From contig NC_057750.1 of NCBI RefSeq assembly GCF_004010195.1, forward strand, positions 763,145 through 827,144: a stretch of DNA of 64,000 nucleotides, written 5' to 3'. Position 1 is the stretch's first letter. The number at the start of each line of letters is the position of its first letter. Made by a program: the position numbers and the translations under genes. This stretch comes from Chiloscyllium plagiosum. Its lineage: Eukaryota. The notes under the pieces were generated by a model. That model did no database searches. It saw only the letters and a list, made by a program, of their open reading frames with translations, and was not told the origin of the DNA. This document shows positions 1 to 11,839 of this stretch, one piece after another.

Positions 1-121
1 TTTGCTATAAATTCTGTGTTACGATCGAGCCCTCCACTATCACCTGATAAAGGAGCGTCGCTCCGAAAGCTAGTGTGCTTCCAATTAAACCTGTTGGACT
101 ATAACCTGGTGTTGTGTGATC
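1..121 (+). mobile_element. Penelope-like element (PLE) terminal-repeat fragment, subfamily B, with degenerate hammerhead motif
   Basis: CTGATAA(44-50)-A-GGAGC-gtc-GCTCC-GAAA(65-68), then aattaaacctgttggactataacctggtgttgtgtga; same family as 20655-20855 and 47213-47442. Confidence 0.7.
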
Positions 122-152
122 TATATTCATCTTCAATAGAGTAAAGCAACTT

Positions 153-360
153 CCCATCCTGACTTGGAAGTATATCACCGTTCCTTCAGTGTGGTTGGGT
201 CCTGGAACTCCCTCTCTAAGGGCATTGTGGGTCAACCCACAGCACATGGACTGCAGCGGTTCAAGAAGGCAGCTCAAACCCACCTTCTCAAGGGGCAATT
301 AGGGACGGGCAGTAAATACTGGGCCCAGCCAGGGAGGTTTACATTCAACAAGTGATTAAG
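153..360 (+). mobile_element. 3' end of CR1/L2-group LINE (family B)
   Basis: Translates YHRSFSVVGSWNSLSKGIVG..GLQRFKKAAQTHLLKG; tail ggcaattagggacgggcagtaaatactgg; homologous to 15375-15707. Confidence 0.75.
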
Positions 361-725
361 AAATATTAGAATGAGATTATTTAGGAGTAAAATGTAGAAC
401 AAAAACGTCTGGTAGCAAAAAAATTGGGAGATCTGAGCAACCAGACAGGGATTGTTGTGCTTGATGGAGGGTAAGAGACAGATGGAGCAAATAAACCTCA
501 GACCAACAGAATGGAGGAAAGGGGGAGAAATGGGTTGAAGGGTTATGGGCAGTGGGCAGGAAAATAGAATTGAGGCTGAGATGAGATCAGCCAGGATTGT
601 GTTGAATGTTGGAGCAGACTTGAGGGGTTGAATGGCCTCCTCCTTCCCCTAGATCTTCTGTTCTGAGCATGCTGACCAACCAGGGGTGACCCATGGGATG
701 GAAACATAACCAGGAACTGGGATTG

Positions 726-918
726 AGAGTATGGCGCTGGAAAAGCACAGCAGGCCAGGCAGCATCCGAGGAGCAGGAGAATCAATGTTTCAGGCATAAC
801 GGCCTTTTGCCCGAAACGTCAGTATTCCTGCTCCTCGGATGCTGCCTGACCTGCTGTGCGTTTCCACCACCATACACTTAACACTTCTCCAGAATCTGCA
901 GTCCTCACTTTCGCCGTA
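726..918. mobile_element. PLE-derived fold-back mini-element (subfamily A)
   Basis: Inverted arms gcacagcaggccaggcagcatccgaggagcagga / tcctgctcctcggatgctgcctgacctgctgtgc; partial hammerhead gccttttgcccgaaacgtc; 11-bp TSD aactgggattg at 715-725 and 919-929. Confidence 0.8.
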
Positions 919-2443
919 AACTGGGATTGTCTCGCTCTCACGGCCAGTGGTGTAACCAGCCCAGGAAGGAGCCTGACTGGGAGCCGCATCAGCCACACAT
1001 CAAAGCTGGAATCTGTCTTAGGGACAGCTCAGTACCTGGTGTATCAGAGAGCCAAGGTCGGGTGAGGAGGAGGGGGGGAACCGGATTTCTAAACTTGCAA
1101 CTCTGTGGAAACAATACACTAAATTGCACAGGCATCAGTTTTAATTTCCTGTCTAATTAAGTGTGAAAGAATATAATAACGTTCCGAATTAAATAAGATT
1201 TCTACGGAGATCTTAATGCATTATTTGTTCAAACCAACAAGGACAAAGAGCGTTGGGAATCACATTAACAATGGATGACATCGGGGTAGCTATATGTTCA
1301 TGTTTCTCTGTGACCTTTGGACATTGCAAATGAACAACTGCGCCTGGGCCTAGCATCCAGCTCCAATCAGTTTGAGCTTGGGGTTAAGTTGTTTTGCAAA
1401 TTTGCAGCATGGAGCCTGAATCTTAAACCTGTCTTTTTGTTTCTTTTCTGTCTCATTTTAATAGCAATGTTCAAGGCCAATACTGTCATTCTCCGTCTGG
1501 ACCAGATGGAGTCTCGAGCACTGGAAAAAAAAATCCCTTTGCTTAGTTGGTAAACTCCTGTCCAAAAGGGGAGGAATCGGAGCGTGGAATGATGTTTGGT
1601 TCTGGTGACTGTGCGCAGCACTCCCTCCAAGAGCGACATGTCCTGCCTAATGTGTGACAGTGTCTGAACATGCCCAGCTATTTGAGAGCATCAAGCCTTG
1701 AACATTACTCTGATGGCTGGCCTTTCCCACACACAAATGCTGAGCCAGTTCTGTGACATTTCGAGTTAATTTTTAATCTCCGGGTCTGAATATTTTCACA
1801 GCTCATTTCTCACACAAATTAACGTCCTTCACATCTGAATGGACGGTTATCTCCCATTGCAAGTTGCATCTATTTACCATCATTTACACCCTTGTAATGG
1901 CTGCTGCTTGTTTCTGAAATGAAAGTTCAAGTCTACGACCTGACAATTTGTAACAATCATGCTGAAGTAATGAATACATTTTCAAATGCATTGCCAATCC
2001 TTCCCCAACATCACTGCTCTTCCCAGCTTGAGGAAACTTTCTCCCAGTCTCAACACCACCAACCCAGACCCTTCTATACTCTCTCTTAGAATTACAGAAT
2101 GCTGCTAGTACAGAAAGAGGCCACTTAGCCACAAGCATGCTAGTTCTCCAGCAGAGCAGTTCAATTAGTGCCACCCCCCACCCACCTTTGATCAGAGTTC
2201 CACAATATGGAAAACTTTTCAATCCCTTTTTGCAAATGACAGTCGAATCCGTAGCGATCACACTCTCAGGCAGAACATTCTAGATCCAAACCAATTGTTG
2301 AAAAAAAAGGCTTTTCCTCATATCGCTTCTTTGCTATTTGTCTTAAATAGATTCGTGATGGTGGCTCACCCACTCCAATTGGTTTTCTTTACTCTTTTCT
2401 CTCTTTATTTTTAGTGTGACAATGCTGCTCCTTTAACAAGCTT

Positions 2444-2575
2444 ATAGATGCCCTACAGTGTGGAAATGGGCCCTTTAACCCAACAGGTCCACTCTGATCC
2501 TCCCAAGAGTAGCCCACACAGACACATTGCCCTATATTTATCCCTGACTAATGCACCTAACCTACACATCCCGGA
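2444..2575 (-). mobile_element. HE1 (V-SINE)-like SINE, 3' portion, running into the minisatellite
   Basis: ccctacagtgtggaaatgggccctttaacccaacaggtccactctgatcc matches the 3' parts of the copies at 8164-8469 and 20143-20450. Confidence 0.85.
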
Positions 2576-5500
2576 ACACTATGGACAATCTCCCATGGCC
2601 AATACACCCTAACCTACACATCCCGGAACACTATGGACAATCTCCCATGGCCAATACACCCTAACCTACACATCCCAGAACACTATGGACAATCTCCCAT
2701 GCCCAATTCACCCCAACCTACGCATCCCGGAACACTATGGACAATCTCCCATGCCCAATTCACCCCAACCTACGCATCCCGGAACACTATGGACAATCTC
2801 CCATGCCCAATTCACCCCAACCTACGCATCCCGGAACACTATGGACAATCTCCCATGCCCAATTCACCCCAACCTACGCATCCCGGAACACTATGGACAA
2901 TCTCCCATGCCCAATTCACCCCAACCTACGCATCCCGGAACACTATGGACAATCTCCCATGCCCAATTCACCCCAACCTACGCATCCCGGAACACTATGG
3001 ACAATCTCCCATGCCCAATTCACCCCAACCTACGCATCCCGGAACACTATGGACAATCTCCCATGCCCAATTCACCCCAACCTACGCATCCCGGAACACT
3101 ATGGACAATCTCCCATGCCCAATTCACCCCAACCTACGCATCCCGGAACACTATGGACAATCTCCCATGCCCAATTCACCCCAACCTACGCATCCCGGAA
3201 CACTATGGACAATCTCCCATGCCCAATTCACCCCAACCTACGCATCCCGGAACACTATGGACAATCTCCCATGCCCAATTCACCCCAACCTACGCATCCC
3301 GGAACACTATGGACAATCTCCCATGCCCAATTCACCCCAACCTACGCATCCCGGAACACTATGGACAATCTCCCATGCCCAATTCACCCCAACCTACGCA
3401 TCCCGGAACACTATGGACAATCTCCCATGCCCAATTCACCCCAACCTACGCATCCCGGAACACTATGGACAATCTCCCATGCCCAATTCACCCCAACCTA
3501 CGCATCCCGGAACACTATGGACAATCTCCCATGCCCAATTCACCCCAACCTACGCATCCCGGAACACTATGGACAATCTCCCATGCCCAATTCACCCCAA
3601 CCTACGCATCCCGGAACACTATGGACAATCTCCCATGCCCAATTCACCCCAACCTACGCATCCCGGAACACTATGGACAATCTCCCATGCCCAATTCACC
3701 CCAACCTACGCATCCCGGAACACTATGGACAATCTCCCATGCCCAATTCACCCCAACCTACGCATCCCGGAACACTATGGACAATCTCCCATGCCCAATT
3801 CACCCCAACCTACGCATCCCGGAACACTATGGACAATCTCCCATGCCCAATTCACCCCAACCTACGCATCCCGGAACACTATGGACAATCTCCCATGCCC
3901 AATTCACCCCAACCTACGCATCCCGGAACACTATGGACAATCTCCCATGCCCAATTCACCCCAACCTACGCATCCCGGAACACTATGGACAATCTCCCAT
4001 GCCCAATTCACCCCAACCTACGCATCCCGGAACACTATGGACAATCTCCCATGCCCAATTCACCCCAACCTACGCATCCCGGAACACTATGGACAATCTC
4101 CCATGCCCAATTCACCCCAACCTACGCATCCCGGAACACTATGGACAATCTCCCATGCCCAATTCACCCCAACCTACGCATCCCGGAACACTATGGACAA
4201 TCTCCCATGCCCAATTCACCCCAACCTACGCATCCCGGAACACTATGGACAATCTCCCATGCCCAATTCACCCCAACCTACGCATCCCGGAACACTATGG
4301 ACAATCTCCCATGCCCAATTCACCCCAACCTACGCATCCCGGAACACTATGGACAATCTCCCATGCCCAATTCACCCCAACCTACGCATCCCGGAACACT
4401 ATGGACAATCTCCCATGCCCAATTCACCCCAACCTACGCATCCCGGAACACTATGGACAATCTCCCATGCCCAATTCACCCCAACCTACGCATCCCGGAA
4501 CACTATGGACAATCTCCCATGCCCAATTCACCCCAACCTACGCATCCCGGAACACTATGGACAATCTCCCATGCCCAATTCACCCCAACCTACGCATCCC
4601 GGAACACTATGGACAATCTCCCATGCCCAATTCACCCCAACCTACGCATCCCGGAACACTATGGACAATCTCCCATGCCCAATTCACCCCAACCTACGCA
4701 TCCCGGAACACTATGGACAATCTCCCATGCCCAATTCACCCCAACCTACGCATCCCGGAACACTATGGACAATCTCCCATGCCCAATTCACCCCAACCTA
4801 CGCATCCCGGAACACTATGGACAATCTCCCATGCCCAATTCACCCCAACCTACGCATCCCGGAACACTATGGACAATCTCCCATGCCCAATTCACCCCAA
4901 CCTACGCATCCCGGAACACTATGGACAATCTCCCATGCCCAATTCACCCCAACCTACGCATCCCGGAACACTATGGACAATCTCCCATGCCCAATTCACC
5001 CCAACCTACGCATCCCGGAACACTATGGACAATCTCCCATGCCCAATTCACCCCAACCTACGCATCCCGGAACACTATGGACAATCTCCCATGCCCAATT
5101 CACCCCAACCTACGCATCCCGGAACACTATGGACAATCTCCCATGCCCAATTCACCCCAACCTACGCATCCCGGAACACTATGGACAATCTCCCATGCCC
5201 AATTCACCCCAACCTACGCATCCCGGAACACTATGGACAATCTCCCATGCCCAATTCACCCCAACCTACGCATCCCGGAACACTATGGACAATCTCCCAT
5301 GCCCAATTCACCCCAACCTACGCATCCCGGAACACTATGGACAATCTCCCATGCCCAATTCACCCCAACCTACGCATCCCGGAACACTATGGACAATCTC
5401 CCATGCCCAATTCACCCCAACCTACGCATCCCGGAACACTATGGACAATCTCCCATGCCCAATTCACCCCAACCTACGCATCCCGGAACACTATGGACAA

Positions 5501-6912
5501 TCTCCCATGCCCAATTCACCCCAACCTACGCATCCCGGAACACTATGGACAATCTCCCATGCCCAATTCACCCCAACCTACGCATCCCGGAACACTATGG
5601 ACAATCTCCCATGCCCAATTCACCCCAACCTACGCATCCCGGAACACTATGGACAATCTCCCATGCCCAATTCACCCCAACCTACGCATCCCGGAACACT
5701 ATGGACAATCTCCCATGCCCAATTCACCCCAACCTACGCATCCCGGAACACTATGGACAATCTCCCATGCCCAATTCACCCCAACCTACGCATCCCGGAA
5801 CACTATGGACAATCTCCCATGCCCAATTCACCCCAACCTACGCATCCCGGAACACTATGGACAATCTCCCATGCCCAATTCACCCCAACCTACGCATCCC
5901 GGAACACTATGGACAATCTCCCATGCCCAATTCACCCCAACCTACGCATCCCGGAACACTATGGACAATCTCCCATGCCCAATTCACCCCAACCTACGCA
6001 TCCCGGAACACTATGGACAATCTCCCATGCCCAATTCACCCCAACCTACGCATCCCGGAACACTATGGACAATCTCCCATGCCCAATTCACCCCAACCTA
6101 CGCATCCCGGAACACTATGGACAATCTCCCATGCCCAATTCACCCCAACCTACGCATCCCGGAACACTATGGACAATCTCCCATGCCCAATTCACCCCAA
6201 CCTACGCATCCCGGAACACTATGGACAATCTCCCATGCCCAATTCACCCCAACCTACGCATCCCGGAACACTATGGACAATCTCCCATGCCCAATTCACC
6301 CCAACCTACGCATCCCGGAACACTATGGACAATCTCCCATGCCCAATTCACCCCAACCTACGCATCCCGGAACACTATGGACAATCTCCCATGCCCAATT
6401 CACCCCAACCTACGCATCCCGGAACACTATGGACAATCTCCCATGCCCAATTCACCCCAACCTACGCATCCCGGAACACTATGGACAATCTCCCATGCCC
6501 AATTCACCCCAACCTACGCATCCCGGAACACTATGGACAATCTCCCATGCCCAATTCACCCCAACCTACGCATCCCGGAACACTATGGACAATCTCCCAT
6601 GCCCAATTCACCCCAACCTACGCATCCCGGAACACTATGGACAATCTCCCATGCCCAATTCACCCCAACCTACGCATCCCGGAACACTATGGACAATCTC
6701 CCATGCCCAATTCACCCCAACCTACGCATCCCGGAACACTATGGACAATCTCCCATGCCCAATTCACCCCAACCTACGCATCCCGGAACACTATGGACAA
6801 TCTCCCATGCCCAATTCACCCCAACCTACGCATCCCGGAACACTATGGACAATCTCCCATGCCCAATTCACCCCAACCTACGCATCCCGGAACACTATGG
6901 ACAATCTCCCAT
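2576..6912. repeat. 52-bp minisatellite array, ~83 units, SINE-derived
   Basis: Unit acactatggacaatctcccatgcccaattcaccccaacctacgcatcccgga; two variant units at 2576-2679, 81 apparently identical units at 2680-6891, partial unit to 6912. Confidence 0.98.
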
Positions 6913-7147
6913 AGTGTGGGGGGAGAGATCGATCCCAGTGTGGGGGGAGAGAGATCAATCCCAGTGTGGGGGGGAGAGAGATCGATCCCAGTGCGGGGGG
7001 AGAGATCGATCCCAGTGTGGGGGGAAGAGAGATCGATCCCAGTGTTGGGGGAAAGAGATTGATCCCAGTGTCGGGGGGAGAGAGATCAATCCCAGTGTGG
7101 GGGAGAGAGATCAATCCCAGTGTGAAGTGGGGGGGTCAATCCCAGGG
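6913..7147. repeat. G-rich ~25-27-bp minisatellite, ~9 units
   Basis: Repeats of agtgtggggggagagatcgatccc with variable G and AG runs. Confidence 0.92.
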
Positions 7148-7169
7148 GCGTGACTATAGGCCCCCACTG

Positions 7170-7394
7170 TGATTCAGTACTCCTGAATTTATTTCTTGTT
7201 TACTACTTTATACTGAAAACAACTGCAATGTTGAACTTATAACTTATTTCCTTATCTTTCTACACTTTACCAAAGATTTTGTGGCTCAGTGCCTTGTACC
7301 TACAGTGGCCCGGTGAACGGCGACATTGTAAACTTTTCACTGTGCTCCCGTTCTTGAGCACACCTGACAATGAAACCTAATTCTAATTCTAAAT
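7170..7394 (+). mobile_element. Rex1/Babar-like LINE 3' UTR fragment
   Basis: Ends cttttcactgtgct...cacctgacaatgaaacc(taattc)n, a terminal pattern recalled for Rex1-type elements. Confidence 0.45.
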
Positions 7395-7443
7395 CAGTCT
7401 TCTCTGGTTTTTAACCTCTCCATCAATGGTAACATGAACTTGA

Positions 7444-7705
7444 GGGGTGGCACAGTGGTCTGCCCAGCTGTCTCACAGCGCCAGGGACCCGGGTTCAATT
7501 CCACCCTCAGGCGACTCTGTGTGGAGTTTGTACATCCTCCCTGTGTCTGCGGGGGTTTGCTCCAGTTTCCTCCCACAGTCCAAAGCCGTGAAGGTTAGGG
7601 TAGATTGGCCAGGGAGGATGTGGAGTTACAGGGAATGGGTGGGAGGGTGTGTGTAGACTTGATGGTCTGAATGGCCTCTTTCCACACTGTAGGGATTCCA
7701 TGATT
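7444..7705 (+). mobile_element. HE1-like SINE
   Basis: tRNA-derived head (tggcacagtgg...gggttcaattcc), V-like core tgtgtggagtttgtacatcctccctgtgtctgcg, CR1-like tail tccacactgtagggattccatgatt. Confidence 0.9.
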
Positions 7706-8060
7706 TTGAACACCCCAATCAAATTGCCTACCAAACTTCTCCTTTCTGAGAATAACAATCCCAGACTCTCTAATCTATCCATGTCCTCAAGTCTCTAACT
7801 ATCAGAATCATTCTTGTCAATCTGCATTGCACCTTTTCTAACACCTGCCCCCTTTCCCTGTTATTCCAGAAGCTCAAACTTTGGTCAGAGTCTGTTGTGT
7901 GACACCGTACCAAATAGCTTTTGGAAGTTGCTGTACACCACATCAACATCATTGGACACATCAACATCATTGGACAGTTTATTCCGGCCTTACCTCATCC
8001 AAAAGCTCAATCAAGTTAATTAAATGTGACCAGCCTTTCCAAACCCAGACTACAATTCCC
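7706..8060 (-). mobile_element. Degenerate CR1 LINE ORF2 fragment
   Basis: Minus-strand peptides LEKVQCRLTRMI and DRLESLGLLFSERRSLVGNLIGVFKIM. Confidence 0.7.
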
Positions 8061-8163
8061 CCGTTAATCAATCCAGTTAACTGTTAATCTTGTTCCAGTT
8101 GAATACTTTTAAAATGACACCCATCCTCTCTTTAAGCAGGTCTGAGAAAGCTGGTAGCCTTAC

Positions 8164-8469
8164 AGATTAGATTCCCTACGGTGTGGAAACAGGCCCTTCG
8201 ACCCAACAAGTCCACACCGACCCTCCGAAGAGCAATCTACCCAGACCCATTCCCCTACACCTAACACTACGGGCAATTTAGCACAGTCAATTCACCTGAC
8301 CTGCACATCTGTGGATTGTGGGAGGAAACCGGAGCACCCAGAGGAAACCCACGCAGACACGGGGAGAATGTGCAAACTCCGTTCAGACAGTTGCCCGAGG
8401 CAGGAATTGAACTCAGGTCCCTGGCACTGTGAGGCAGCAGTGCTAACCACTGAGCCACCGTGCTACCCC
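8164..8469 (-). mobile_element. HE1-like SINE, full length
   Basis: Reverse complement begins gggtagcacggtggctcagtggttagcactgctgcctcacag, with B box gagttcaattcc, V core and (tctaa) tail. Confidence 0.93.
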
Positions 8470-10332
8470 AGATTTGCTAAGGAGATGCGGGAAAGCACTT
8501 GACCACAGTTGGGAGGGTGTGCAATTTGTTCAGAAGAATTGGGGGCGTCTGTTCTGAGTGTGAATGGATCGGTGTGAATAAGGTGATAACATTTGTTCAC
8601 TTGTGGAATGTGTGGCAGTACTTCCTTCTCACCCTGGAGCTGGAGGCTGTGCATATTTCACAGTTGGATGTTGGATAACTAAATTTCTGATGTTATATCA
8701 AAGACTCTTAACAAAACTGATACTCAATAGGAAAGAACTTGTAATTTAATCAGCTGAGTGGAATATGCACATAATAGAACAATCCTAATACATTTTCATG
8801 TATACCACACTGAACAGATTTGAATTTATGAAGTTCAGTTCCCTCATCTTGACTGCTCTGGAAGGTGAATGTCTCATTACCCTTATAGGCTAGGAAAACA
8901 CAAAGGCTGAGACTGACATAGTAAGGAAGTTGGAAGATGTTCATGTGTGAATGAGAGAGAAAAAAAAATTCTTCTGTAAATTACATTCACTGACCAAATG
9001 TTTCAAGGGACACTGCAAAAGAGAGAGAGAGAGAGAGAAAGAGGACTGAAGCTGGTGAAAAGGTTAACTCTTTGTGGTCTGATTCTTTGTGGCTTGTCAT
9101 GGGTTGAATGCTCGTGTGTTGTTCCCTGGAGCTCTGGGGATGCTATGAATTTAATTTGCATTCTGGGAATCTAAGATGATTTTAAAAGAAAAAGCCATTT
9201 TGTAGGACAATGTATGGGGCATGTTAGCTGAGCGAGGTAACCTCGACCTTTTCCAGAATAGTGTCTCATTATGATGTAGCAGCTGAAGCAATTGACCAAT
9301 TGAGGCCTGGCTGGATCAAAGTTTCCAGCTTTGATGTGCAAATAGTTTAATTAGTTCAACATACTCAGACCTGTCAGCGAGTTTCTCTTCCTCTGCAAAC
9401 TTTTGCCATTTTATTGCGGCTTATCTGATTAAGGACATGTGGCGTTTTTGTAATTTTAATACCAGTTACTGTATAAAGGTGGCTTGTTTGTAGCAATAAG
9501 GGGAGTAGCCTGAGAGAGCTCTTATGGGTAAGAGCTGGTGTCACTGCTCAAGCCTGGCTTGTGGGTATCGATGTTGTAGTGTAACATTGATGCCATTGGT
9601 AAATAAAGGTAATAATTTAAACTAAACTTTCTGTAAGGGTTTTATATTCCAGACTACCACAGAGTACGATCTCCGGGATGAACAAAGAGAGGTGACAGTT
9701 CAAGTCCATCAGGGATTCCCTGAGCCATCTCAAATACTTCAGATTACAGAGCCCACTTTGGAAATGTCTTTGCTGTTACGGTGAAAGCACATTAAAACTG
9801 GCCAAACATTCAGAGAGTTTAACCCCCAGGCCTTGTGCTTGACACAGACCATTAGCCCGGGGCTGAAAAATTCAGCAGTGACAGAAAAGGATTTGTATTA
9901 CCTGAACTTACTCCATTTGCGTGAAATCACTCGAAAAAACAGCCCCCACCCCACCCCCCACCAAATTGTAGCAACTTCAATCATAAGGCAGAACCTTGTT
10001 GATGCATTGGCATGATTTTGCCAGGAGACCTGGTAAGAGAACCGTACTATCTTCTTTGAGCTCCACTGGCCTCTGTTTGCACCAATAGTGATGATGTGAT
10101 TCCTCCTAGGCAGGACTGATCAATGACGAGCCAATCAGGTAGTGGAAGAGCGCTCTCAAAGACAGGAGCCCAAAGACAGAAGTATAGCTTACCGTGTACT
10201 GCCGGCCAATCTTGTGATCAACAGCTGCTCCTGGAGCCTCAGATTGCTGTGGTGATCCAGGTTATGTTTATCCAGATCATTAATGTTGGAACATGCAAAA
10301 TCTGCCAGTACTTTTCCAATGTATTCAGAGAT

Positions 10333-10500
10333 CTTCCCCAAACTGGAGTCAGAGCTCACCAGGAATAGATCTCTGTGTCATTATTAAAAAAAATGTTAAA
10401 AATTAGCTGGTAAAAGAGAATTTGTTTGTTAAAGATTAGGGCCTTTTTTTGTTGCCTAAGCTCTGCCAGAATAGCTGGACAGGAGCAGGGGAAATCGAGA
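10333..10500 (+). repeat. ~165-bp dispersed direct repeat, copy 1
   Basis: Aligns to 13059-13228 (tagatctctgtgtcatt...aagctctgccagaatagctggacaggagca). Confidence 0.85.
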
Positions 10501-10833
10501 CAGCAGCAGATTTAATTTTCCCAGCCACCCACCCGCCCATGAGGAGAGTGAGACTGGAATAGCCATCAGCAGCACTCAGTGTTGCTCCCTTTTATGACCC
10601 TGTGTTGTTGTCTGTTGGAGTCAGCCAAAGGGCGAGCTGGTGGATCAGGGAACCGGTTCCACAATGAGCTCAGAGAGTGACATGGGACCGGTATCTAATC
10701 CATCCATCGCCTTTCCTCAATCTCCAACCATTCATCTTCCATTTACATCTGCATTTCCCATTTGGTCACCTTTGTTTTTAGTGCCATTTTAGTAGATTTC
10801 ACATTTACAACATCAAGACCGATCAGAGTCCTT

Positions 10834-11108
10834 GACAATAGACAATAGGTGCAGGAGTAGGCCATTCTGCCCTTCCAGCCTGCACCGCCATTCAATATGA
10901 TCATGGCTGATCATCCTTAATCAGTATCCTGTTCCTGCCTTATCTCCATAACCCTTGATTCCACTATCCTTGAGAGCTCTATCCAACTCTTTCTTAAATG
11001 AATCCAGAGACTGGGCCTCCACTGCCCTCTGGGGTAGAGCATTCCACACAGCCACCACTCTCTGGGTGAAGAAGTTTCTCCTCATCTCTGTCCTAAATGG
11101 TCTACCCC
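10834..11108 (-). mobile_element. CR1 LINE 3' end (duplicated at 11840-12112)
   Basis: (acaatag)n tail, ggagtaggccattctgccc 3'UTR motif, and the C-terminal RNFFTQRVVAVWNALP coding motif on the minus strand. Confidence 0.85.
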
Positions 11109-11424
11109 GCGCAGCATTTTAGTTTCACCGTGTTCCTGTTTTTAAGTTCAGTGCAATCCTAAAGGAACTCTGCACTGTCTGGCGTAGTATGAGAATGACT
11201 CCCCATTCATTCCTCGAATGGCTATAAAAATTCCTGTGATATTGTAAGAAAGTGAATATTTACCCTTAACCTAACGCAGACAGTGGTAAAGGTTAAATGG
11301 TCTTTTCTTTCATTGCTGATTATGAGATCTTGCTGCTATTAATTGGCTCCTACTGTTTCTACATTGTAACTGTTAACATGAAGATTTCTCATCAACTGGT
11401 GTGTCCAATAGACACACAATGTCA

Positions 11425-11532
11425 CCTAGGAGAAAGTGGGGACTGCAGATGCAGGAGATCAGAATTAAGAGAGTGGAAAAGCACAGCAGGCCAGGCAGCA
11501 TCCGAATGTGCTTTTCCAGCACCACACTCTTG
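11425..11532. mobile_element. PLE fold-back mini-element, subfamily A (duplicated at ~12429-12536)
   Basis: ggaaaagcaca...tgtgcttttcc inverted arms; TSD acacaatgtca at 11414-11424 and 11533-11543. Confidence 0.75.
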
Positions 11533-11645
11533 ACACAATGTCATCTGCCCAGTGGATCCATTCGACAATAAAATCACCCATCTCAGCAAGGATTTATTCA
11601 AAGAATGATTATTTGATCTGTGATGACTTCACATGACTTCACTGA

Positions 11646-11822
11646 TACACCTCCATCCCCCATCACGAAGGACTCAAAGCCCTCCGCTTCTTCCTTTCCC
11701 GCCGTACCAACCAGTACCCTTCCACTGACACCCTCCTTCGACTGACTGAACTGGTCCTCACTCTGAACAACTTCTCTTTCCAATCCTCTCACTTCCTCCA
11801 AACAAAAGGAGTAGCCATGGGC
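11646..11822 (+). mobile_element. Penelope-like reverse transcriptase fragment (59 codons, no stops)
   Basis: YTSIPHHEGLKALRFFLSRRTNQYPSTDTLLRLTELVLTLNNFSFQSSHFLQTKGVAMG; the YTSIP, NNF and Q..GVAMG motifs are typical of PLE RT. Confidence 0.9.
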
Positions 11823-11839
11823 GGCAGTCAGGAAAGGCG

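Larger units (their letters stand above)
10834..11645 (+). repeat. ~810-bp tandem duplication, copy 1
   Basis: Near-identical to 11840-12647. Confidence 0.97.

Noticed and set aside
2576..6912. CRISPR-like array
   Set aside because: Units are head-to-tail with no unique spacers, there are no cas genes, and the context is eukaryotic
2633..7153. Three overlapping 1400-1500-aa ORFs
   Set aside because: They arise because the 52-bp unit has no plus-strand stop and cycles through all frames; the unit is antisense SINE sequence and there is no sign of a gene
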